A DNA stretch of 32,000 nucleotides from Mycobacterium tuberculosis H37Rv. Its GTDB lineage: Bacteria > Actinomycetota > Actinomycetes > Mycobacteriales > Mycobacteriaceae. Shown here in pieces: positions 25,173 to 32,000 of this stretch. The stretch covers positions 360,001 through 392,000 of the forward strand of contig NC_000962.3 of assembly GCF_000195955.2 (NCBI RefSeq), read 5' to 3'. How positions within the stretch are numbered: the stretch's first letter is position 1; each line of letters starts with the position of its first letter. The notes beneath the pieces were generated by a model that was not told the DNA's origin, ran no database searches, and saw only the letters and a list, made by a program, of their open reading frames with translations. Position numbers and translations under genes: made by a program.

Positions 25173-25943
25173 TTAGGCGCCGTCCCACTCGCCGCGGGCG
25201 ATGAGAACATCACGAAGTAGGTCCGCGCGATCGGTGATGATGCCGTCCACGTCCATGTCGAGAAGGGTGTGCATCACATCGGGTTCGTCGACGGTCCAGG
25301 CATGCACTTGGCGTCCCGCAGCATGAAAGCCGCGGACCCGTGCCGGCGTAATGACCGGTACACCGCCAAGCCGTGACGGTAGTTGCACGCAGTCGATGTC
25401 GCGCATCATCCGCCAGGCATATGCCCGGCTGCCCAGCGGACGCGCGGTCAGCCACGCCAGCAGCGCGCCCGTTCCTGCCGAACTAGCGACCCGCTTGGTC
25501 AGCAGGCGCAATGCGCGCCGGCGACGGCGCTCGGAAAACGAACCGATCAGCACCCGGTTGTGCGCGTTGCACCGCTCGATGACGTTGACGGTCGGCTCGA
25601 TCGCCGATGCGGCTTTAATGTCGATGTTGACCCGCATGTCTGGCAGCGCGGTAAGCAGGTCTTCCAGGGTTGGGATCGACTGCCCCGCACCCAGCTGCGC
25701 CTTGCGGACATCACGCCAATCCAACCGGTCGACCGCGCCGGATAACCCCACCCCGGGCGCCAGCCTACGGTCATGCAGGATCACGGCTACGCCGTCCCGG
25801 GTGGCGCGAACGTCGGTCTCGATGTAGCGGAATCCGAGCTTGGCCGCCTCCTGGAACGCCCCCATGCTGTTCATGGGCAATCTGAACGACGTAAATCCTC
25901 TGTGCGCCATGGCAATCCGCCCCCCATGGCGAAGAAATTCCAC
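25173..25943 (-). CDS. glpQ2: Glycerophosphodiester phosphodiesterase
   Basis: GDPD motifs are present: IAMAHRGF and FRYIETDVRATRDGVAVILHD. The start is GTG 25943, with ATG 25967 (MSDGGAPT...) as an alternative. The track's 329-aa extension is unsupported. Confidence 0.88.
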   Translation of the reverse strand: MEFLRHGGRIAMAHRGFTSFRLPMNSMGAFQEAAKLGFRYIETDVRATRDGVAVILHDRRLAPGVGLSGAVDRLDWRDVRKAQLGAGQSIPTLEDLLTALPDMRVNIDIKAASAIEPTVNVIERCNAHNRVLIGSFSERRRRRALRLLTKRVASSAGTGALLAWLTARPLGSRAYAWRMMRDIDCVQLPSRLGGVPVITPARVRGFHAAGRQVHAWTVDEPDVMHTLLDMDVDGIITDRADLLRDVLIARGEWDGA

Positions 25944-26213
25944 GGTAGGTGCGCCACCGTCGCTCATCAGGTCAGTATCACATAGCCTCGGCCGCCGGGG
26001 GCGTCCACGCCGGGGGCAGCACCGCTCTGTCGGCGACGGTTCCTGTGCACCAGCCGCTTTCGCATCGCAGTGGTAATGGGCGCTCCCATACGGCGCGGTC
26101 GGCGACGACGGTGCATGGGCCGGCCATCGTTTTGGGCCTTCCCCGCCTTGCCGCCGGGCCACCGACGTTCAGCATCACCATCAGCGTCGACGTGTCACAT
26201 CGGAGCCGATGAC

Positions 26214-26284
26214 GGGAATCGAACCCGCGTATTCAGCTTGGGAAGCTGATGTTCTGCCATTGAACTACATCGGCACGGTTGCCT
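26214..26284 (-). tRNA. tRNA-Gly (anticodon CCC), CCA not encoded
   Basis: The reverse complement is GCCGATG-TA-GTTC-AATGGCA-GAAC-A-TCAGC-TTCCCAA-GCTGA-ATAC-GCGGG-TTCGATT-CCCGT-CATCGGC-T. This folds as a 71-nt cloverleaf with a 7-bp acceptor stem, a TTCGATT T-loop and anticodon CCC. The following bases are CCG, not CCA. Confidence 0.93.
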
Positions 26285-26304
26285 CGAAAGGCTAGCATCC
26301 AGAA

Positions 26305-27099
26305 TCATTCCATCACCCCCAGGCCGTACAAGATCAGAAATCCGGCAAAGAACATCACGGCCATCCATGGCCGCTCCGGCGTTTCGTGCGCCTCGACAAG
26401 CAGTTCCTCCACGACCAGCCAGAGCAGCGCCCCCGCCGCGAACGCCAACACGAGGGTCAGGACGGTATTTCCCGCCCGGCCCAGCGCCACGGCACCTGAC
26501 ACACCGCCCACCGCGATCACTAGGCTCAGGGCGCTTGTGGTCGCCGCGGCCCGGATCCTAGGCATTCCGGAGCCGGCCAGGCGCAGGGCCACCGCCAGAC
26601 CCAGGAACAGCACCTCGACCGTCAGGGCGATGGTGATGATGATCGCGGTGCGACTGGACACCGTCGCGCCCGTTGCGACCAGCAACCCGTCGATGAAGAG
26701 GTCAACCGCGACTACGGTGAGGAACCCGACGGGCAGTTCGCCCACGTCGTCGCCGTCTTGATGTTCCCCGTGGCCGTCAAATCGGCGCAGTGCAACGAGT
26801 ACCGCGACGCCTGCACTGAAGCCCACAACGATCAGCCAGAGCGGACCTCTGCTGCGCAGGTCTGGTAGCACTTCCCCGGCCACGGCGGCCATGACAATTC
26901 CCGCGGCGAAATGTTGGACGCCGCTGACCATCGCCGCCGACGGCGTGCGCACCGACGGGACCACGCCGCCGAGAATCCCGGCGAGAACCGGGAAGGTGAC
27001 CAACGAGGCGGCCGTTGTGACGTTGCTGATGCCAACCTCCCGGTTTCGGTCGAAGATCTCGGCTCGGGCACGCTTGAACATTGTGACGGCTAGTGACAA
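26305..27099 (-). CDS. Integral membrane protein, ZIP (ZupT/GufA)-like metal permease family (Rv0318c-like)
   Basis: Polytopic hydrophobic ORF. The C-terminal FAAGALLWLVVEELLVEAHE and the central VQHFAAGIVMAAVAGEVLPD resemble ZIP signature helices. The start is TTG 27099 or ATG 27081 (MFKRARAE...). The track's 462-aa extension is antisense to pcp and is rejected. Confidence 0.7.
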   Translation of the reverse strand: MSLAVTMFKRARAEIFDRNREVGISNVTTAASLVTFPVLAGILGGVVPSVRTPSAAMVSGVQHFAAGIVMAAVAGEVLPDLRSRGPLWLIVVGFSAGVAVLVALRRFDGHGEHQDGDDVGELPVGFLTVVAVDLFIDGLLVATGATVSSRTAIIITIALTVEVLFLGLAVALRLAGSGMPRIRAAATTSALSLVIAVGGVSGAVALGRAGNTVLTLVLAFAAGALLWLVVEELLVEAHETPERPWMAVMFFAGFLILYGLGVME

Positions 27100-27147
27100 A
27101 TGCAGCGACTTTCGGGGAAACGGGCATTGAAATAAGGAAGGAACAGC

Positions 27148-27816
27148 ATGTCGAAGGTGCTGGTCACCGGATTCGGACCCTACGGCGTGACGCCGGTAAA
27201 TCCGGCACAGCTCACCGCCGAAGAGCTGGATGGTCGCACCATCGCCGGCGCAACGGTCATCTCGCGGATCGTGCCCAACACGTTCTTCGAGTCGATCGCG
27301 GCAGCTCAGCAGGCCATCGCAGAGATCGAGCCAGCATTGGTGATCATGCTGGGCGAATACCCGGGACGCAGCATGATCACCGTCGAGCGACTCGCGCAAA
27401 ACGTCAACGACTGCGGGCGGTACGGCCTCGCCGACTGCGCCGGCAGGGTTTTGGTCGGTGAGCCAACCGACCCCGCCGGCCCGGTCGCCTACCACGCGAC
27501 CGTACCGGTTCGCGCGATGGTGCTGGCCATGCGAAAGGCCGGCGTGCCAGCTGACGTCTCGGACGCGGCGGGCACGTTCGTGTGCAATCACCTCATGTAC
27601 GGCGTGCTGCACCACCTCGCCCAGAAGGGTCTGCCCGTCCGCGCCGGTTGGATTCATCTGCCGTGCCTGCCCAGCGTCGCCGCACTGGATCACAACCTCG
27701 GTGTTCCGAGCATGTCGGTCCAGACGGCGGTCGCCGGGGTCACGGCTGGCATCGAGGCAGCCATTCGGCAGTCCGCAGATATCCGCGAACCGATCCCGTC
27801 GCGATTGCAGATCTAG
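27148..27816 (+). CDS. pcp: Pyrrolidone-carboxylate (pyroglutamyl) peptidase I
   Basis: MSKVLVTGFGPYG...NP at the N-terminus, catalytic Cys in GTFVCNHLMYG, and His in AGWIHLP. The SD AAGGAAGG lies upstream. Confidence 0.93.
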   Translation: MSKVLVTGFGPYGVTPVNPAQLTAEELDGRTIAGATVISRIVPNTFFESIAAAQQAIAEIEPALVIMLGEYPGRSMITVERLAQNVNDCGRYGLADCAGRVLVGEPTDPAGPVAYHATVPVRAMVLAMRKAGVPADVSDAAGTFVCNHLMYGVLHHLAQKGLPVRAGWIHLPCLPSVAALDHNLGVPSMSVQTAVAGVTAGIEAAIRQSADIREPIPSRLQI

Positions 27817-27874
27817 GGCGCAGCTGACGGCGGTCTTCTAGAGATTAGATATTTATTCTTCCGTTATCTTGTCG

Positions 27875-27880
27875 TAATCT
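27875..27880 (+). promoter_or_regulatory. -10-like hexamer TAATCT within a ~45-bp AT-rich island, 7 nt upstream of GTG 27888 (candidate leaderless promoter)
   Basis: 27841-27885 (gagattagatatttattcttccgttatcttgtcgtaatctgctca) is strikingly AT-rich for this genome. The hexamer matches TANNNT and there is no SD. Confidence 0.4.
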
Positions 27881-27887
27881 GCTCAGC

Positions 27888-28550
27888 GTGGGCCGACATG
27901 AATTAGCTAGGGACCGGCGAAAGTCGTCAGCGGTCCTGGCTGCGGTCCTCGCCCCGGCCGCCGTGTTCTTCGCCACGGGCGGAGATGTCAGTACGCTTGC
28001 CGCCCGCGCCGATGCCAACCCGGTTCTCGGCGACGACGCGCCCTGTTGTGTGCAGATCGTGCCGGTTGCACCGCTGGCTTTCTCCTCACAGATATCCGGC
28101 GGTGAAATCGGGACGGGCCTTGCTGCCAGCCAGTTCGCTTCGGCATCGAGATGGCGCATCGTATCTCGGTATTTGCCGGTAGGGGTGGCACCCGAGCAGG
28201 GTCTACAGGTCAAGACCGTCTTGACAGCCCGCAGTATCAGTGCGGCTTTCCCCGAAATTCGCGAAATCGGCGGCGTTCGGCCGGATGCGCTGAGATGGCA
28301 TCCCAATGGTTTGGCGCTCGACGTGATGGTTCCCAACCCCGGCACCGCCGAGGGCATAGCGCTGGGCAACGAGATCGTCGCTTTCGTACTGAAGAACGCG
28401 ACCCGATTTGGGATGCAAGATGTGATTTGGCGTGGCGCCTACTACACGCCCAACGGCGCGCGGACAACCGGGGCCGGCCACTACGACCACATCCACATCA
28501 CGACCGTGGGCGGCGGGTATCCCACCGGCGAGGAACTCTACATCCGCTGA
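27888..28550 (+). CDS. Exported protein with LAS-type zinc-peptidase motifs (Rv0320-like)
   Basis: The signal-like N-terminus is [20 protein letters not shown]-x6-D ([10 protein letters not shown]) and H-x-H ([10 protein letters not shown]) are spaced ~60 aa apart, as in the lysostaphin/D-Ala-D-Ala carboxypeptidase/Hedgehog (LAS) metallopeptidases. Confidence 0.8.
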   Translation: MGRHELARDRRKSSAVLAAVLAPAAVFFATGGDVSTLAARADANPVLGDDAPCCVQIVPVAPLAFSSQISGGEIGTGLAASQFASASRWRIVSRYLPVGVAPEQGLQVKTVLTARSISAAFPEIREIGGVRPDALRWHPNGLALDVMVPNPGTAEGIALGNEIVAFVLKNATRFGMQDVIWRGAYYTPNGARTTGAGHYDHIHITTVGGGYPTGEELYIR

Positions 28551-28569
28551 GCCAGCGTGCGGCGACAGA

Positions 28570-28575
28570 TACGCT
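28570..28575 (+). promoter_or_regulatory. -10-like hexamer TACGCT, 6 nt upstream of GTG 28582 (candidate leaderless promoter of dcd)
   Basis: The hexamer matches TANNNT at the canonical distance, and no SD lies between the hexamer and the start codon. Confidence 0.35.
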
Positions 28576-28581
28576 CGTCGG

Positions 28582-29154
28582 GTGCTGCTCTCCGATCGTG
28601 ATCTTCGGGCCGAGATCTCCTCCGGGCGGTTGGGGATCGACCCGTTCGACGACACCCTGGTCCAGCCGTCCAGCATCGACGTCCGGCTCGATTGCTTGTT
28701 TCGGGTGTTCAACAACACTCGCTACACCCACATCGACCCGGCCAAGCAGCAGGACGAGCTGACCAGCCTGGTGCAACCGGTCGACGGGGAACCCTTCGTG
28801 TTGCACCCGGGCGAATTCGTGCTCGGCTCGACGCTGGAGCTTTTCACTCTGCCCGACAACCTCGCCGGACGGCTGGAAGGCAAGTCTTCGTTGGGCCGGC
28901 TGGGCCTGCTGACGCATTCCACCGCGGGCTTCATCGATCCTGGCTTCAGCGGTCACATCACCCTGGAGCTATCCAACGTCGCCAACCTGCCGATCACTTT
29001 GTGGCCCGGCATGAAAATCGGTCAGCTGTGCATGTTGCGCCTGACCAGCCCGTCCGAGCATCCCTACGGCAGTTCCCGGGCGGGGTCGAAATACCAGGGT
29101 CAGCGCGGGCCCACGCCGTCGCGCTCCTACCAGAACTTCATCAGGTCTACTTAG
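28582..29154 (+). CDS. dcd: dCTP deaminase (bifunctional dCTP deaminase/dUTPase type in mycobacteria)
   Basis: 190 aa from GTG 28582: (V/M)[36 protein letters not shown]...[37 protein letters not shown], the Dcd/Dut-fold signature. The track's longer upstream extension overlaps the preceding gene. Confidence 0.92.
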   Translation: MLLSDRDLRAEISSGRLGIDPFDDTLVQPSSIDVRLDCLFRVFNNTRYTHIDPAKQQDELTSLVQPVDGEPFVLHPGEFVLGSTLELFTLPDNLAGRLEGKSSLGRLGLLTHSTAGFIDPGFSGHITLELSNVANLPITLWPGMKIGQLCMLRLTSPSEHPYGSSRAGSKYQGQRGPTPSRSYQNFIRST

Positions 29155-29259
29155 CATCCGGCGCGGCTAGGCCTGTCGCGGGTAGCTGTCACCTGCCGTT
29201 TGCCTGGTGCTCAGCGCCGCGATGCGGTTCGCTCATCGCAGCCACCTACACACAGTGGT

Positions 29260-30591
29260 GTGCGATGCAGCGTCTTCGGCACTGGGTATCTGGGTGCCAC
29301 CCACGCCGTCGGTATGGCGCAACTGGGACACGAGGTCGTCGGGGTCGATATCGATCCCGGTAAGGTCGCCAAGCTCGCCGGGGGTGACATTCCGTTCTAC
29401 GAACCCGGCCTGCGAAAGCTGTTGACTGATAACCTGGCTGCCGGCCGCTTGCGGTTCACCACCGACTACGACATGGCGGCCGATTTCGCCGACGTGCATT
29501 TCCTGGGGGTCGGCACGCCGCAAAAGATAGGCGAATATGGCGCCGACCTGCGGCATGTCCACGCCGTCATCGATGCGCTGGTGCCGCGTCTGGTCAGGGC
29601 GTCGATTCTGGTCGGCAAGTCGACAGTCCCAGTGGGCACCGCAGCCGAACTGGGACATCGGGCCGGTGCACTGGCACCCCGGGGAGTCGACGTGGAAATT
29701 GCCTGGAATCCGGAATTCCTGCGCGAGGGCTTCGCGGTGCACGACACCCTCAACCCCGACCGTATCGTCCTTGGGGTACAAGATGATTCGACGCGCGCCG
29801 AGGTAGCCGTCCGCGAGCTGTACGCGCCGCTGCTGGCAGCGGGCGTGCCGTTTCTGGTGACCGATCTGCAGACCGCGGAGTTGGTCAAGGTATCCGCCAA
29901 TGCCTTTCTGGCGACCAAGATTTCGTTTATCAATGCGATCTCCGAAGTGTGCGAGGCGGCGGGTGCCGACGTTAGCCAGCTGGCCGATGCGCTCGGATAC
30001 GACCCGCGGATCGGACGCCAATGCCTCAACGCGGGCTTGGGTTTCGGCGGCGGCTGCTTGCCCAAGGACATCCGCGCTTTCATGGCCCGCGCCGGCGAAC
30101 TGGGAGCCGACCAGGCGTTGACGTTCCTGCGTGAAGTGGACAGCATCAACATGCGCCGGCGCACCAAGATGGTGGAACTGGCCACCACCGCATGCGGTGG
30201 CTCGTTGCTGGGCGCCAATATTGCGGTGCTCGGCGCGGCGTTCAAACCCGAATCCGATGACGTGCGCGATTCGCCCGCCCTCAATGTGGCGGGCCAGCTG
30301 CAGCTCAACGGCGCCACGGTCCACGTGTACGATCCAAAGGCCTTGGACAACGCCCACCGACTGTTCCCTACCTTGAACTATGCGGTTTCGGTTGCGGAGG
30401 CCTGCGAGCGCGCGGACGCCGTGTTGGTGCTTACCGAATGGCGGGAGTTCATCGATCTCGAACCCGCTGATCTAGCCAACCGGGTGCGGGCCCGGGTGAT
30501 CGTGGACGGCCGCAACTGCCTCGACGTGACCCGCTGGCGGCGGGCAGGCTGGCGGGTGTTCCGGCTGGGAGTGCCGCGATTAGGGCACTGA
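29260..30591 (+). CDS. udgA: UDP-glucose 6-dehydrogenase
   Basis: The N-terminal NAD fold is VFGTGYLGATHAVGMAQLGHEVVGVDID. The catalytic Cys motif is GFGGGCLPKD. GTG 29260 is in frame with the track ORF. Confidence 0.92.
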   Translation: MRCSVFGTGYLGATHAVGMAQLGHEVVGVDIDPGKVAKLAGGDIPFYEPGLRKLLTDNLAAGRLRFTTDYDMAADFADVHFLGVGTPQKIGEYGADLRHVHAVIDALVPRLVRASILVGKSTVPVGTAAELGHRAGALAPRGVDVEIAWNPEFLREGFAVHDTLNPDRIVLGVQDDSTRAEVAVRELYAPLLAAGVPFLVTDLQTAELVKVSANAFLATKISFINAISEVCEAAGADVSQLADALGYDPRIGRQCLNAGLGFGGGCLPKDIRAFMARAGELGADQALTFLREVDSINMRRRTKMVELATTACGGSLLGANIAVLGAAFKPESDDVRDSPALNVAGQLQLNGATVHVYDPKALDNAHRLFPTLNYAVSVAEACERADAVLVLTEWREFIDLEPADLANRVRARVIVDGRNCLDVTRWRRAGWRVFRLGVPRLGH

Positions 30592-31251
30592 CCGGCGCAG
30601 CCAGCGCAAGTACTCTCGGTCACCGAGCAGTTCCAGACGACGCCACAGCACGGGGTTGTCGGCGGACTGGGTGAAATGGCAGCCGATAGCGGCTAGCTGT
30701 CGGCTGCGGTCAACCTCGATCATGATGTCGAGGTGACCGTGACCGCGCCCCCCGAAGGAGGCGCTGAACTCGGCGTTGAGCCGATCGGCGATCGGTTGGG
30801 GCAGTGCCCAGGCCAATACGGGGATACTGGGTGTCGAAGCCGCCGCGAGCGCAGCTTCGGTTGCGCGACGGTGGTCGGGGTGGCCTGTTACGCCGTTGTC
30901 GTCGAACACGAGTAGCAGGTCTGCTCCGGCGAGGGCATCCACCACGCGTTGCGTCAGCTCGTTGAGCGGGATCTGCGCTAGACCGTTATCCGGGTATGCG
31001 AGTAGTTGCACATGATCGACACCCAGGACCTGTGCCGCAGCGGCGAGTTCCTCCCGGCGCACCTCACCGAGGTTTCGGTCGGTCCGGCCGAGTGTGGAGG
31101 CCTCGCCGTGGGTGAAGCACAATCCTCGCAGCCGCGTTCCCTGCGCCGTGAAATCACCCAATACCGCCCCGAGCCCGAAGGACTCGTCGTCCGGATGGGC
31201 GAACACAGCAAGCACTTCGTGTGCGCAGGGGAGACGGTTGCAGCTGTTCAT
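30580..31251 (-). CDS. LmbE/PIG-L-family zinc deacetylase-like protein (Rv0323c-like; paralogue class of MshB/Mca)
   Basis: 223 aa from ATG 31251: MNSCNRLPCAHEVLAVFAHPDDESFGLG (AHPDDE motif) and GVTGHPDHRRATEA (HPDH motif). The 3' end overlaps udgA by 12 bp. The track's 310-aa extension crosses the divergent promoter. Confidence 0.85.
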   Translation of the reverse strand: MNSCNRLPCAHEVLAVFAHPDDESFGLGAVLGDFTAQGTRLRGLCFTHGEASTLGRTDRNLGEVRREELAAAAQVLGVDHVQLLAYPDNGLAQIPLNELTQRVVDALAGADLLLVFDDNGVTGHPDHRRATEAALAAASTPSIPVLAWALPQPIADRLNAEFSASFGGRGHGHLDIMIEVDRSRQLAAIGCHFTQSADNPVLWRRLELLGDREYLRWLRRSVP

Positions 31252-31305
31252 CGATTCACCGTCCGGAGGATCCGTGCGCGCGGGTGGACAGCCGCCGCAT
31301 ATTAT

Positions 31306-31331
31306 GTAGTTCCAATGAGCAATGGAATTAT
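31306..31331. promoter_or_regulatory. Imperfect 12-2-12 inverted repeat GTAGTTCCAATG-ag-CAATGGAATTAT in the AT-rich divergent promoter; candidate ArsR-family operator
   Basis: 9/12 arm positions are complementary, and the core TTCCAATG/CAATGGAA has 7/8. It overlaps a TATATT hexamer (31329-31334) facing the ArsR gene, and a TAATAT hexamer on the opposite strand (~31299-31304) facing the deacetylase gene. Confidence 0.45.
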
Positions 31332-31351
31332 ATTCCCAAGGATGACTGGAA

Positions 31352-32000
31352 ATGGCTGGACAGTCCGATCGTAAGGCGGCGTTGTTGGACCAGGTAGCGC
31401 GCGTGGGCAAGGCGCTGGCCAATGGGCGGCGATTGCAAATCCTGGACTTGCTCGCCCAAGGTGAGCGCGCGGTAGAAGCGATCGCGACGGCGACCGGGAT
31501 GAACCTGACCACGGCATCGGCGAATCTGCAGGCGCTGAAGAGCGGCGGGCTGGTCGAGGCTCGCCGCGAGGGGACCCGGCAGTACTACCGGATTGCTGGG
31601 GAAGACGTGGCAAGGCTGTTCGCGCTGGTGCAAGTGGTTGCCGACGAGCATCTGGCCGACGTGGCGGTCGCGGCCGCAGACGTGCTCGGTTCGCCGGAGG
31701 ATGCGATCACCCGTGCGGAGCTGCTGCGGCGGCGCGAAGCCGGCGAGGTCACCCTGGTCGACGTGCGACCGCACGAGGAATACCAGGCCGGCCATATCCC
31801 GGGCGCCATCAATATCCCGATAGCCGAACTGGCCGACCGGCTCGCCGAACTAACTGGCGACCGCGACATTGTCGCCTACTGTCGTGGTGCCTACTGCGTC
31901 ATGGCCCCCGATGCCGTCCGCATCGCGCGCGACGCGGGGCGGGAGGTGAAACGCCTCGACGACGGAATGCTCGAATGGCGATTGGCCGGACTGCCGGTCG
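31352..32000 (+). CDS. ArsR-family HTH regulator fused to a C-terminal rhodanese domain, 3' end beyond window (Rv0324-like)
   Basis: Hand translation from ATG 31352: MAGQSDRKAALLDQVARVGKALANGRRLQILDLLAQGERAVEAIATATGMNLTTASANLQALKSGGLVEARREGTRQYYRI (ArsR wHTH), then ...VTLVDVRPHEEYQAGHIPGAINIP...DIVAYCRGAYCVMAPDA...DDGMLEWRLAGLPV (rhodanese with a Cys loop). The frame is open to pos 32000, and the ORF is absent from the track for lack of a stop. Confidence 0.88.
   Translation, partial: MAGQSDRKAALLDQVARVGKALANGRRLQILDLLAQGERAVEAIATATGMNLTTASANLQALKSGGLVEARREGTRQYYRIAGEDVARLFALVQVVADEHLADVAVAAADVLGSPEDAITRAELLRRREAGEVTLVDVRPHEEYQAGHIPGAINIPIAELADRLAELTGDRDIVAYCRGAYCVMAPDAVRIARDAGREVKRLDDGMLEWRLAGLPV

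Noticed and set aside
25944-26304. Possible genomic island or integration site next to tRNA-Gly
   Set aside because: I found no integrase, no direct repeat of the tRNA 3' end, and no compositional break. Both flanks are ordinary core genes.
26305-27693. 462-aa version of the ZIP-like ORF; similar N-terminal over-extensions occur at 25173-26162 (glpQ2), 30580-31512 (LmbE-like), 18657-19289 (NTF2-like), 15680-16585 (BluB-like), 28432-29154 (dcd) and 29200-30591 (udgA)
   Set aside because: In each case the extension runs antisense into, or overlaps, a neighbouring gene or promoter region. It also lacks family-typical sequence. In this high-GC DNA, open frames commonly extend upstream of the real start.
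1-32000. Mobile elements, prophage, defence islands, rRNA
   Set aside because: No transposase, integrase or recombinase-like ORF was seen, nor terminal inverted repeats, an IS-like unit or rRNA-like sequence. The two TA modules are the only defence-type or addiction-type loci.

Overview
About two-thirds G+C. From the PE_PGRS and PPE-MPTR families and the gene order, I recognise this as Mycobacterium tuberculosis complex chromosome, equivalent to H37Rv Rv0296c-Rv0324; this is recognition from memory, not a database search. I support 29 protein-coding genes and one tRNA-Gly(CCC). In order they are: a Cys-type sulfatase (3' end cut by the window), PE_PGRS5, two adjacent toxin-antitoxin pairs (an RHH antitoxin with a MazF/PemK-like toxin, then vapBC2), and a TetR-SDR operon. 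About 9.6 kb is then taken up by a giant PPE-MPTR gene on the minus strand, split by one extra base into PPE6 and PPE5. The remaining genes are mostly housekeeping or envelope-related: BluB-like nitroreductase, PAP2 phosphatase, YkuD-like exported protein, NTF2-like protein, an unknown 409-aa protein, a membrane-anchored Hsp70-like Pro/Thr-rich protein, a DUF3060-like membrane protein, a Tat-signal GH16 glucanase, a tandem muconolactone-isomerase-like protein, glpQ2, a ZIP-like permease, pcp, a LAS-motif exported peptidase, dcd, udgA, an LmbE-like deacetylase, and an ArsR-rhodanese regulator cut by the window end. I found no transposase, integrase, CRISPR array, rRNA or phage genes. I cannot support a clearly novel multi-gene system. 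The best leads are: (1) the single-base frameshift and the 7x ~1.2-1.4 kb higher-order repeat inside PPE5/6; (2) the Hsp70-fold/TM/PT-rich protein and its envelope-directed neighbours (19172-24486); (3) the ArsR-rhodanese fusion with a 12-2-12 inverted repeat in its AT-rich divergent promoter; (4) five start codons preceded at 6-7 nt by a TANNNT hexamer, suggesting leaderless mRNAs, two of them overlapped by palindromic operators. Most extra ORFs in the six-frame track are shadow ORFs caused by GC-rich repeats or upstream extensions running antisense into neighbouring genes.
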